From the human T2T-CHM13v2.0 reference genome, Homo sapiens, in the NCBI RefSeq assembly GCF_009914755.1, contig NC_060927.1: a stretch of 64,000 nt of DNA. One strand, given 5' to 3'. Below, piece by piece: positions 48,804 through 61,838 of this stretch (the first letter of the stretch is position 1; each line of letters opens with the position of its first letter). A program made the position numbers and the translations under genes. The notes under the pieces were generated by a model. The model was not told the DNA's origin, made no database searches, and saw only the letters and a program-made list of their open reading frames with translations.

Positions 48804-48929
48804 TAGGTCTATTTTTTTAGTCTGAAATAATGTTCATTGCTCCCCACAGTAATGAAAAACGTTAAAAATCTTATCTTCTCATAACATATTAATTCAAACT
48901 AGTGTAAGTAATACTTAGGTTTAAACATT

Positions 48930-49360
48930 TTTTAATAAGCTTCACTTTTTAGAGCAAAAAATGTGTTTTTAGCTCTAAAAGACAGAATACAAAAGAGGTG
49001 TTTTACCACCAAAAATAAGAAACTAGAAGTTTTAGGTTCACAGCAAAATTGAGCAGAAGGTACAGAGATTTTCATACATCCCTGCCCTCATGATCACACA
49101 TGCATAGCCTGCCCATTGTGACATCCCCCACCACAGTGGTATGTTTGTTACAGTCGATGAACCTGCACTGACACATCACCATCACCAAGAGTCTATAGTT
49201 TACATTAGGGTTAATTACAGGTGTTGTACATGTTATGGGTTTGGGCACATTTACAATGACATGTACCCACCCTTATGGTATCATAGGGAGTAATTTTACT
49301 GCCCTAAGAATCATCTGTGTGCCACATATTTATCCTTCTCCCTCCCTTTACCCCTATTGA
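48930..49360 (-). mobile_element. L1MC1-like 3' fragment
   Basis: agttttaggttcacagcaaaattgagcagaaggtacagaga...ctatagtttacattagggtt. Confidence 0.85.
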
Positions 49361-51876
49361 TTCCTTTTTTTATATCCAGTTTGAGATTTTTTTGGGTTGC
49401 AGTATAATTTCTTATTTTTTTCTTGAAACCTGGATATTTTGGGTATTATGTTATGAGACTCTGGATCTTATTTAAATCCTCTATTTTAGCTGTCTTTTTT
49501 TGACATTGCTTTGGCAAGGAAAGTGGGGATGCCACCTTTTTACTGCCAAGTGGGGATAGGAGTTCCAGCTCCCCACTAGGACTCCAGTGCTATCTTCCTG
49601 GCTGGGAGAAGTGGGAGTACCTTGTTACTATTCCTTTTGCACCTTCCACTGACATAATTGGGTGGGGGTTCGGGTGGCTTTGTCACCACTGGGCAGTGAT
49701 AAAAGTCTTGACTGTCCACTAGGCTCTCTTCTGACACCACTCCCTGGGGACACTGGGGAACCTTTTTATAGCCTCTCAAGGGTAGAAATCCGGGCTCCCC
49801 ACTCAACTTTTTTGGCCTGGGTGGAGGTAGGGCCGCAGTTTTTCTATGGTGTTTGGCTGGAGTAACATAGTTACGGTCTAAAAGTTTTCTGTCTTGCTGA
49901 GCTGTCCTTTTTCTTTTCCTTCAGTTAGAGAGAACAGGCTTTGGGAGACTTCCTTTGTCATAATTGCTATTTCTGGGTTGCTAGCCTCTTCAGCTTCAAG
50001 TCTAGGATGGATGAGGCAAAAAGAAAATCCAGGGCACTTATCACTGTGTTGTTCCTTCGGTCCTGAGGTCCCTACCTGGTCTTCCTTCTTCTTGTCCACT
50101 TTCAGAGTCTTTCAGTGCATGTTTTATGTATAATGTTCAGAGCTTTTTAGTTGTACTTAGCAGAAGGAATAAGGAAAAGTATACCTGCTCCATTTTCCTA
50201 GAAGTGGAAGCCTCAGTAGTTTTTAAGAATGTAAAGAAATCCTCAGTCCAAAAGGTTTGACAACTGCTGGCCAAATTCAAATGTTCTTAGGTATTAAATG
50301 TTATAAATATGTGAAACAAAATAAAACAAAAATCTTTGAAGGTGGTGTCAGTAAGAATGCCTTCTACTCATTGCACCACATAAAGACAGTAGAAAACAAA
50401 TGACCCTTTTATAACTTATCTCCATCTTTTCACAGAAGAGGTGTTTTACCGCCAGAAGTAAAAGACTAAAGGCTCAGAAGTTTCAGTCCTTTCAGATGCA
50501 CAAATTTAGCACTGTAAAAAAATTGACCTCCATTGTCTTTTTATTTTTCTCAATTCTCTCTGGTCCAGTGGAAACCCAGCTTTCCTTAGACATGTATGAG
50601 GCAAGTATGTGGGAACTCCTGTTGTAGTTGGCCTTTCTGGAAATGGGAATTTTAAAGTAACACCGCCTGGCTCAAAGTAAGGAGAGTATACGATTTTGTT
50701 AAACGAAATAGTCTCCAGATGCATTCTGTGAGGCTTGCAGAGAAGAGTATCTTTTCACACTTGATCTGTAAAATCAAGTTGCTTATTCTGTGCAGGACAC
50801 TAAACCACATACTCCCAGATTCTGGAATGATTGTCCAATATGGTGTTACATTAAGATCCATGAAGAGGATTACAATTTGTTAATATTTTGGCATAAAATT
50901 TTATTATGTCTTTCTCATGTTTTCCCTATTTTTTTTTTTACCAGAGGCTATCGTGATGAGTGGATTTTTAGCAAATAAATAAATAAAATTCAGATAAATA
51001 TTTAGCCAATCCAGACAGAATTAGTCCATGCAGCTGCTTTCTCCTAGACACACTGACAGCATTACTCAGTCTCTGCAGGTTTCATGAGCCAAAAAGTTAA
51101 GAGAGATAAGGGCAGAGCCCTTTCTTCTACGTTGGTTCTCCAGTGGTCAGTAGAACATTTCTCCAGGATATAGCACCCAAGCACTGGGTGTACAAAAATA
51201 GCCTTTCTGAAATCGGGGCGGGGTGGGGGAGGGTTCTTAGTGTAAGAAGGAATCATTTAAATCCTCGTGGTCGTGGTCTTGGTTTACTTCAATGGAACTC
51301 TCTCTAGACTGAATCATTTCCCGAAGGACCATCAAGCGAAGTGCCAATTTAATCTCAAATCCTCAAAGGAAAAGCTTACAGTTGTCAGTGGCGCGTCCTT
51401 CTCAGGATGGAAATAAAACAGCTCTAGCTTTCTGCTGGGCCAGGAAGCATTGATTGCAGGAGAGAGCAAATGCTCTCACAGTCTAATCAATCTCACAGAG
51501 CAGATGGATACAGCAATTAGTGCAAAAACAATTTTGCCAAGAATATTAACACTTCTAGAGTTTATCGAGAAGGGGTGAAGTTTCTACTCAATAATTTTCT
51601 AAATTTATAGAATATTTACTGGTGAGCAACAGGGTGTAGGATCTCTGATCTCATGCTCTTGTATAGGCCAATGTAATTAATAGAAACACAAAAATTAGGT
51701 TCTTCATACACATCAAGTGAGATGTAGAACTGGGAGTGAAAGAGTTTTCTGATTAATACATGCTCCAACTCTACTGAAAAACACTGAAATGATTATTTTG
51801 TTTTGATAGAAGTTATTCAGAAAATTGCTTTAATGTTTTACCTTTGCAAACTTAGGCACAGCTTAATGATCTAGGG

Positions 51877-52096
51877 CAGAGGTTGACAAACATTTTGTGT
51901 ATAGGACCAGAGAGTAAATGTTTTAGGCTTGGTGGGTCATATGGTCTCTTTCACAACCACTCTTAACTTTGCTGTCATAGCACAAAAGCAGCCATAGAGA
52001 TAGGTAAATGAATGGGTACGGCTGTGTTCCAACAAAACTTTATAAAACAAGTGGCAGGCCAAATTGGGCCCATGAACCAGAGCTTGCTGTTCTTTG
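51877..52096. mobile_element. MER58A (hAT-Charlie MITE)
   Basis: Typical body; perfect 8-bp TSD ATCTAGGG at 51869-76 and 52097-104. Confidence 0.92.
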
Positions 52097-52134
52097 ATCT
52101 AGGGCATTATCATTTTATCTCCTCTAACATTATA

Positions 52135-53167
52135 TAGTTGATGCTGAAAAGCATGGGTTTGAACTGTGCAGGTCCACTTACAAATGAATTATTTTCAATA
52201 AAGATACTGGGATTTTTTTTTTTATATTTGCGACAATTTGAAAAAACTTGAAGAAGAACCACATAGCCTAGAAATGATGAAAACATTAAGAAAAAGTTAA
52301 GTATGTCATGAATGCATAAAATGTATGTAGATACCAGTCTATTTTTATCATTCCCTACCATAAAATATATATAAATCTATTTTAAAAAGTTAAAATTATC
52401 AGAACCTAGGAACACAAACATAGACTGTACATGTGCCATTCACAGTCTAGAGAAATGTAAAGGTGCAGTGTTAAACCATAACTGCATAAAATTAATGACA
52501 GTCCATACTGTACCCATGTAGCCATTGTGGTGAACTTACATGCTTCAAGTGTCTGCTTAAAACACCATGTGACACTAATTAATCACCTTCATGTGATCTG
52601 TTCCTCTCTCCAGTAAATTGCATCTCAGTAAAAAGTGATCTTTCGCAGTTACTGTGTATTTTTCATGATGTTTCGTGGAATACTGTAAATCTTGAGTAAC
52701 ATGGGACACATACAAAGTGTCACTAGTGATACTAGAAGTGCTTCCAAGAAGCAGAGGAAAGTGTTGACATTACAAGAAAAAGTTAAATTGCTTGATATGT
52801 ATCATAGATTGAGGTCTGCAGCCATGGTGGCCCAGCATTTCAGACAGAGGATTCATCTTGTGAATAGATTGTAAACTTATGACATCAATAAATACAGTAC
52901 GTCACTACAAATGTATTTTCTCTTGCTTATGATTTTCTTAATAACATTTTCTTTTCTCTAGGTTACTTTATTGTAAGAATGCATTATATAACACATATAA
53001 CAGGCAAAATAGATGTTAATAATAGACTGTTTATGTTATTGATAAGGCTTCAAGTCAAAAATAGGCTATTAGTAGTTAAGTTTTGGGGGAGTCAAAAGTT
53101 GTAAGTGGATTCTTGGCTGTGTGGGGTGTTGGTGCTCCTAACTCTGTCATTGTTCCAGGGACAACTG
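52135..53167 (+). mobile_element. Tigger2 internal-deletion derivative (Tigger2b-like)
   Basis: TA-flanked TIRs tagttga...acaactg; ORF 52692-52874 encodes the transposase N-terminal HTH remnant (KKQRKVLTLQEKVKLLDMY). Confidence 0.9.
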
Positions 53168-53649
53168 TATGTATACATACATTCTTTCTCCAAAATTAGG
53201 GCATTTTATAGAAAGCACCAAACTTATAATTAGGTAATGTCTTTAGAATCATTACAAAATAAATTTCTATATGGTTCCTAGAATTTGTTTTTCACTCATA
53301 ATATGAACACATGCGGCAGATATGCTTCCCCTTTGAGTAATTGCACTTACCAGCCAAAGTCTTCCTATCATCTCTCCAACACACCCTTCATCCTTCTCTT
53401 CCTGTGTCCCTCTCCCTTCTCCTAGCTCTCCTATTCTTCTCTTAGTTTTATTCTTTTGCACAATTTTCCTCCTACTCCCCTTACCATATTTCATCTTAAT
53501 TTTGGTTAAATAGGATTTTATGGATTAGCCTGACAATCTAATCAGAAGCTGATTCCTTGTGGCAAGTCAGGATAGACCAGTGAGTGTAGGGCGAAAAGTA
53601 CAACTGCATTTTGAGAGGTGGACAGCATATCCACTGGGTCCAGTTATAT

Positions 53650-53775
53650 AATGTTTCTGTGCCTCAGTTTTATCATCAGTAGATATAGTGATCATAATGT
53701 AGCTACCTTCCGTGGTCTTTTTACAGAATAAGTGAATGTGTATTGTAAAGGACTTAGAACAGAGCTAGCACTTAG
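53650..53775 (+). mobile_element. MIR fragment
   Basis: tctgtgcctcagttttatcatc...gtaaaggacttagaacagag. Confidence 0.75.
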
Positions 53776-53777
53776 CT

Positions 53778-54705
53778 TCAGGAACAAAGCAAGGATATCT
53801 GTCCTTACTATCTATCTCTACTGAACATTTTACTAGACGTTGTAGGAACTAAAAAGAAAGAAGGATTTTGATTGGAAAGAAGAAATAAAATTGTCTTTAT
53901 TCAGAGATGACATTATTGTTTATGTAGAAAATCTGACGGTGAAATCTAAACGCTGATAGAACTATTGAACTATTAGAACTACTGAGTTCAGACTACGTTG
54001 TAGGATAAAAGCTCAAAATACAAAAAAAGCAATTGTATCTCCCTATACTAAAAACAAATAATTAGAAATGAAAATGTGTAAAAATATCACTCACAATCAA
54101 ATAGAAAAATGAGATAATTTAATATTTATAATATGAAATAAATCTGACAAAGATGTGCTAGAACTGTACATGGAAACTATAAAACATTGCTGAGGGAAGT
54201 TAAAGATTTAAATAAATGGAGAGATGTATTGTGTTTATGGATCTAAAGATTCAATATTGTTAACATGCCAATTCTCCCCAAAATGATCTGTGGAGAGTGA
54301 AAGCAATCTCAATCAAAATCCTGTATTTTTTTTTTTTTTTTTTTTAGAAATTGACAAGCTGAATCTAAAATTCATAATGTAAGTACCCAGAATCACTGAA
54401 ACAAGTTAGAAGAAAAAGAAGAAATGTAGAAGACTTGGGTACTTGAATTTAATATTCATTATAAAGCAGATCAATGATTTCATGGGGATGGTGATTGATG
54501 CTAATGGGAAGGATAGGAGGGAGGGATTAGGGGCACAAGAAAACTACTGGGGTGATGCATATGTTCATTATGTTTCCAAGTTGTGTGCATGTATGTATTT
54601 GTATAGATATATACAAACATTTCATGTATATTTTTCATATATATGTCAAAACATCAATTGAATACTGTAAATATGTAAAGTTTATGTTAATCATACATCA
54701 ATAAT
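53778..54705 (+). mobile_element. Old L1M ORF2 (RT) and 3' fragments
   Basis: caggaacaaagcaaggatatc...ttattcagagatgacattattgtttatgtagaaaatc...aaataaatggagagat. Confidence 0.75.
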
Positions 54706-56453
54706 TTTGGTAGTCCCCTCTAATAAATTGCGTTAAGATCTCATGATATTCGTGTGTGTGTCAAGCTTTCCTTTCAATTTGTGTTATTTTCTATTCGTTT
54801 GCATTCATTTTGTTGTATTTTTTTCTTTTCGATTCTATTGCATTGTAGTATATATGAAAGTCTTAGCAAATTCTTTTTGTAATAAGATGTATAACAATGT
54901 TATATTTCAACAGGACCATGAGATGTGATATTTTAAAGGCCAACAAATGCCTCTTTGCATGTCAGTTTAGAATGCCTCACTAAGAGGACTGTCCATAGGA
55001 TGTAGTTCTCATTCCCATACAATCTGTTCAATGGTTTTTCTAATTTGTCTAATTTCATTCATTCATTCATTCATTCACTGAACATATTTCTGTGGCAGGA
55101 TTTGAGTGATATAAGTACATGATATTGAATTTACTTGATCTTATGTGGTTGATTATAACTGTAGTTTAAGCATTACATGAAAAATTTTAGACACTAAATA
55201 GCAAGTCCTACTGATGTTAGATGCAGTTTCATTTCTGTAACATTATTTTCTTCTTAGATGCTTGGTAGAATAATTTACTTTCAGAATCATCCTGACACAT
55301 TCTGACATTTAAGTAGTTTGATTTTACATGATATATTATCCTTTAAAAAAATAGGACAAATGCCAAATGCCTGTATCAACTTCAGTGTTTACAGCACAGA
55401 ATTATTAATTAAATTTAGTTCTTCATTTGAAAAATAAGTTTGCTGGACTCTGCCAGTTGGAGTGTGGATTAATTTAATGTAGTTTGAAATATAGGAATTA
55501 CCAAATCCAGTTAAGTTTTTATTATGCTATTTCTATGTCTTGAGGCATACACCCCTGTTTAGAGATTTTTTTTCTCTCCAGGCTAAGATTTCTGTTCTTT
55601 TTTATTTAGCCTTCTTGGGCATGTTGCAAATATTCTACCTAGTTATGTTTTCCAGGTCTATTGTAGTAGAGCCAATTCTTCATTTTCTCTGCTTCTCACC
55701 TGTTTTTGTCTATTTATTTGTGTATAAGATGTCAAAGGAAAATGAAAAGTAACACCTCAAAATACCACCTTGAAAAGGAAAATGCCAACAAATTCTTTTC
55801 TGCACCTGAAGCTTTTAATTCTTTAATCCACCATGGAATGTTGCTTAATTACATATTTTATTATGCATAACTGAAAATTATGTACTTTAGTTTCAACAAT
55901 GATATGAAAGCATGTATTGTTTATAAATAGAGACTGGTTTGTCTCTTTTTTTATATTACAAATATTTGTGGAATTCTCACATGTTCTCCTTCTAAAACTT
56001 GGCTTTTTGAAAATGCTCAGAGAGCTCTGAGAAAAACTTCAAATTTTAATGTTTTCTCTAGAAATCAGAAAATTCATTTCTTAAAAAAAAAGATGATGTC
56101 ATAACGACATTATGGGTAAAAACCATTGAACAGTTTAAAGATTTTTGTAGAAGTTTTATCTTCGTTAGTTTCATGAAGTATTTATTGATGAAAAAATGTT
56201 ACAATTGTTGAATTAGGTGATAAATTCATGGGAGTTCCTTGTCTCTACTTTTGTGTGTGTGTTTGAAATTTTCCACAATAAAATTTGTTTTTTAAAAGAC
56301 ATTTAGTGTGTATAGGTCTTTGGAGGTCACTATTTCATGATGAAATATTCCATACACTTGATTTCAAGTAGTTAGTGATCAAAGTCTTCATATTAGCAAA
56401 ATATGCGTTACAACATATTTCTGAAAATTTTGAATTGCCATTAGGTTTTTGTG

Positions 56454-56459
<6 letters not shown>

Positions 56460-56510
<51 letters not shown>
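56460..56510. repeat. Pure T51 homopolymer
   Basis: Direct reading. Confidence 0.97.
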
Positions 56511-56512
<2 letters not shown>

Positions 56513-57527
56513 ATTTGAGAGAGTTTTTGTTAGGGAAAAGAGAGAGAAATGTGTAGACTTGAGTTTGAGACAAATGTGGCCACTTAACAGCTAAACAAAT
56601 CAGTTAACCTATTTGAGTTTCCCTTCCGTTGTCTTTGAAGTGAGAATGTCAGTGCCTGCCTTAAATACCTCAAGGTGGAATGCAGAGGTTTAAACAAGAT
56701 ATGTTTGTGGCAGTGCCTAATAAAATGAAGCATTCTGCAAATATTTTTTCTATATTATTTAAAACATGTGTGAGGATGGTGCTAAGAAGGGGGCCTCAGA
56801 AGGAGAAAGCCTTTGTACTAGATCTAGTGAAACAAATGTTTGCAAATTCCCTTTGGAAACAAAGGTAGAATAGATGAAACCTGTCCCTAGATTAAGATGC
56901 CGTTCAACAGGTTTGTGCTCTGGACAAATGTTCATTTTGCATCACATTGCCACAGACTAACGAATAAACATATTTAAATATTTGAATATTCTTCTTCAAC
57001 ATTCTCATCTAACAGGTATTGTTGGTTCTCCTGTGAAAGGAAAATCAGAGTAGCACACGGGACATCATTGTGTCAGGTGGGGGTGGTGGTGTAAGGGCAT
57101 GCATTAAAGTGTCATTGTAATGAAAATTTTGTATTTGAGTACCACAAAAAGCAAGTATTTCTGATTCAACTCACAGTAAATAACGTTCACCATTTACTTT
57201 GTTGCAAAATATGTCACTTCGGAGTTTCTTTGCAAGTGTTTACTTTGCATAACATACTGCTCTACTGCATTCGCTCATCAACCACTATCATAGAGAACAG
57301 GGCCCAAGTCAAGTGCTTTTGATCACAGTAAGTGTATTAGCAGCTGAAAATAATTGTTGGGAAACGGTAACCACACAACCTTGGTACGAGGCAAGAAGCT
57401 GTAATTGAGTTTTGGTAGTGTTCTTTTGATAGAATTAAATTTGGAGATATATGCTCTCTGTAAGTAGGGTAATGTAAGAAAGTCTTAAAAATGTGGCTCA
57501 TCTTTTAAACATTAATTTCAAACTATT

Positions 57528-57533
57528 TTTATT
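57528..57533 (-). terminator. Candidate distal poly(A) signal AATAAA
   Basis: Plus-strand tttatt near the far end of the repeat-free tract below SATB1. Confidence 0.45.
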
Positions 57534-58704
57534 TAACATTTGGTATTGTTAAACAGGTATAGTATTCAGGACATACACCTTCTACCACAATTTCTTTAAT
57601 TAGGGTACTTTATATTTTATCAAAAATGTGCATATTAATAGATTGTAGTTTAGCCTTTGTCAAAAGACATGCAAGTATTTAGTATTTACATTAAAAGGAT
57701 TGCCTCAGAAGAAACATTGAATTCATAAGCCCTCTTAAAAAGTCAAAAATATGCATAAAGAAGACTAGTATTGATATTTTCTGATATTTTAGATATGATT
57801 AATATTTTGGACCTCCATTGGTTTCCACACTATCATGCAAATTTCCAACTTGCTTTAACACAACAGTTCTATCAGCTGTATTAGAGGGAATACACATTTT
57901 AATTGCTCTTTTTGAAAATATCACCAGGCAGTTCAGAATGTCTCATTTATTGAGAATATTGTGACAATCAAAGACCTTAATATCAGCCAGATGCTAACAA
58001 TTGGGAATAGGGCAGAATTTAATAATGGAATGTATGGGATTCTCATTTTTACTCAATCTTGAATCATCTGAGAATGTTTTCTATTCAAGCCAGTATTTTT
58101 AGATAAACACAGATATAGATATCGCTACTTTGAAAAAAATCACTTATTTTAAACTCAGAATTTCTTAGTACTAAATGCTAACCAATACACATTTTATACA
58201 TAATATGTACAGACTTTGTTACCAAGCGCCACACAACTAGGACATACATATTAGTTACCTTGGTTTTCAAAGGTTGTCAACTCTGCATATTGTGTGGCAA
58301 GGAGATACTATCAACATTTTTTTTTGCATAATGTGCAAGTATTATATGGCCACAGAGTGTAATACAAATTAGTGGCAAAGTGCTGAGTGAAGGGAATCCA
58401 TGACAGATTCAGATGCACAAGGTTGAATATTACCCGTAAACTACCTGACTCTGCTAAGGTCTTAACAGCACAAAACGCTATGTCATGCCCAGCTTTTAAA
58501 AGTCTCTGAAATACTTGGACACAATGAAGCTTGTTAAAGGAATTTTACCATAGCCACAGGTAACAAGAGGAGGATTGGCATGAGCGATAAATGACATTGG
58601 GGGAGCAATATGGAAGATCATCTGGGCAAGTCTTTTCTAAAATGTGCCATCTTCCCTGAAAACAATTTTGCTCACTCCATCCTATCAGTTTATTAACATG
58701 TGCT

Positions 58705-58733
58705 TGTGTGTGTGTGTGTGTGTGTGTATGTGT
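58705..58733. repeat. (TG)n microsatellite in the putative extended 3'UTR
   Basis: Direct reading. Confidence 0.95.
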
Positions 58734-60079
58734 GGGCATTTAAAATATCAAGTTATCAAAACCACGCTGACTTTTAAAAGTTAAAAAATCTAAGTGGGAA
58801 TTTTGTTAGCATTGTTATGTTGATTACCAAACAAACATTCAAACATTCATCATTTCACTGAAAACACTATTTCAAAATAATTTAGGTTATTAGGAATTGG
58901 AAAGTTATTTGCAACCCAAACTTAGGGGATATAAGGAAGAGGAAGATAACTTCATGGCATTTGAGTTTCTATTTTATTTCCTATTTTTTAAATACATGAA
59001 ACCTAGTTTCTATTTTCTTAATTCAAATTCCTTTGGCTCAAATTATTACTTTTCTGAACTCTAGTGAGCCAGAATGTTTGTTTTCTTACTAAATAAAAAG
59101 TGGCAACTTTTCAGTACAATTTTAAGTTTGCAACAAACCAGCTGCCTTCAGAGGAGCTTAGCTGTGCTTCAAAAGTAAATGGAACTTTAAAGCTTTATTG
59201 AAAGTTTTCAATGATTCCACTTCAGTTTCTAAAGAAGTACAAGTTCAACATTAAAGCAGCCCAGTTGCCTACCAATAAGCTCATCAGGGCCTGAGAAGAT
59301 GGTAGGCAGAAAGAGAAGGGGCAATTGCAAAATGGTATCTCAAGCAACCCAGATACCCCTACTAGCATCTAGGAAACAAAGTGAGGGAGCAAATAAAAGA
59401 AAAATCACCCCAAACTGTAATGCTGGCCTCAATCCTGTGACCATTAGCACACCTCATTTTATATTCTGGCATTTTACTATGTTTAATGTTGCAAGAATTT
59501 TGAAGATTGTGTTTAAATACCAGGTGTGTTATTCCTATTTTCTTCATGTAGCTCTTATAGTTATGAGATACACTTACGAGCTCAGTTATTAACTTATTCC
59601 ACTTATAACTTGTGAAAAAAAAAAGCTAAGGGGTTTTTATACAGAAGGTCCATTTTTTCCCCTACTTATTTTGTTACTATTAATGGCCTTTAGAAATATT
59701 TATACATTAGCTTAAGGAAAAGCATTGCTATAAATGAAGTATTGTGAAATAAGCACAGATGAATCCATTCTAACAACATAACTGCTAGAGACTGGATTTG
59801 TTTTTGTCGGAGAGTCTTTTGACCATCCTATCTCTACTTATTAAGCAAAATGTTAACCAAACAGGTTATTTTCATTGTGAAATTTCATACCTATTTAAAA
59901 ATGAGCATGTGTTTGTGATTTAAATTTACAGTGTTTCAAGTAACTTGTCAATTGCTCTTTTTAAAATCAGTGAAATAACAAGTTATTAACATGCACCTAA
60001 ATGAGAGGGCCATCCTTTGACTCCTTTAGTTACTTCACATAAGCAGACAAACCCTACCATGTCATACGATACAAACAAT

Positions 60080-60085
60080 TTTAAT
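60080..60085 (-). terminator. Candidate poly(A) signal ATTAAA
   Basis: Plus-strand tttaat; GU-rich sequence follows on the minus strand; lies just distal to the miRNA-site cluster. Confidence 0.55.
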
Positions 60086-60273
60086 TGTGTAGTTACAGTC
60101 AATAACCACTCCTAGTCAGAACATTTCTGCATAAAGAAAATTGTGATACACTTATAAAAACAGCCAGCTGTAACAAAATAGCTGTTTTCATAGCCATAAA
60201 CTCATAAAAAAGAAATACACCTTTATACAGAAATTTTATACAGATGTAGCTTTAAAATTGATTGTAAACCAAA

Positions 60274-60959
60274 GGAAGACACATTGCAAACATCAATTAT
60301 TTTCACATTAATTGCATAATTTTCTAAGGTGATCTATTAGTTTTATTTACCTAAGCTTATTTGCATGATAGTAAAAATTGCATACAACAATAAGAGTGAA
60401 GCTTATAGTATGAATTGCTTGGATAACATAGAGCACTTTTTATAGGCAACTGTGTAAAGCACATTTTCTCTATTTAAAACTTTTAAGACACTTTGTTTTA
60501 CTGCCCATCAAAATACATTTATAAATAGAAAAGAATCAGTATGGTAACAAGAGAAGCAATATTACATTTAACGGAAACTTCCAAAAAATTAATTACAACA
60601 TGATGCTGCAGGATCTACAAATAAATAATGAGGACTAAATTGTGTTTCACATTTTCTTTTCCTTTTTTTAAAAAATCATGTAACAATGAGAATGAAAAAA
60701 AAGTACAGTGAACTTTTATTTCCAAAATAAAAACAAATTTGAATTACGGCAGTGCCATATAATACAAGGCATTTGTTGGCATATGTCATCTTTAAACTGC
60801 ATTCCACAGTCTATAGTTCTTTTGTAACATACAATAGAGTAACAAACTCTTTTTTTTCTTTTTTTTTTTTAAATAAGGGGCAAGTTTCCAAAGATCAGTG
60901 TGGAGTGCTACAGAAATAATTATAGGAGAGGAAATCATAATCACAGAAGGTATAATGCT
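60274..60959 (-). promoter_or_regulatory. Cluster of miRNA seed matches in the SATB1 3'UTR
   Basis: miR-7 (60274-80), miR-23 8mers (60302-09, 60646-53), miR-21 (60354-60, 60400-06), miR-191 8mer (60569-76), miR-34/449 (60748-54), miR-155 (60953-59). Confidence 0.7.
60715..60720 (-). terminator. Candidate proximal poly(A) signal AATAAA
   Basis: Plus-strand tttatt; followed on the minus strand by U-rich sequence. Confidence 0.55.
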
Positions 60960-61292
60960 TGTTTGAGGCTCCGGAATAAGAACTAAAAAAAAAACAAAAA
61001 ACACTGGTTTCATGCTTACGGGGTACACACTTTGGTGCATCCCGTGAACACAAATTTTAATACCAAACAATCCTTGATGCTTCACCTGGGGCTGCCAAGC
61101 AGTTTGTAAAACAGAGGAAAACATTTAGTGCAGTCTGTATTATCCTTTTCCAACTTTTCTGTTTGTGCAAGTTTTTGAAGATTCATTGGCCAAACAATGA
61201 ACAACAAAGGTTTTCTGAGAGAAGACAAGGTGGACTTTTCATTTTGTTAGTAAATACCAGTGGCACTGTTGAACGAAACAAATACTTTTATC

Positions 61293-61838
<546 letters not shown>

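Larger units (their letters stand above)
57505..61292 (-). other. SATB1: SATB1 3'UTR (proximal part firm; distal limit uncertain)
   Basis: Directly downstream of the stop codon; no recognisable interspersed repeats over ~3.8 kb; AU-rich, multiple poly(A) signals and miRNA seed matches. Confidence 0.7.

Noticed and set aside
51381-51397. CTCF-like GTCAGTGGCGC
   Set aside because: Lacks the 5' CC and AG core of the motif.
52692-52874. Domesticated Tigger/CENP-B-like gene
   Set aside because: Only a short HTH remnant in a non-autonomous Tigger2 derivative; no DDE domain.
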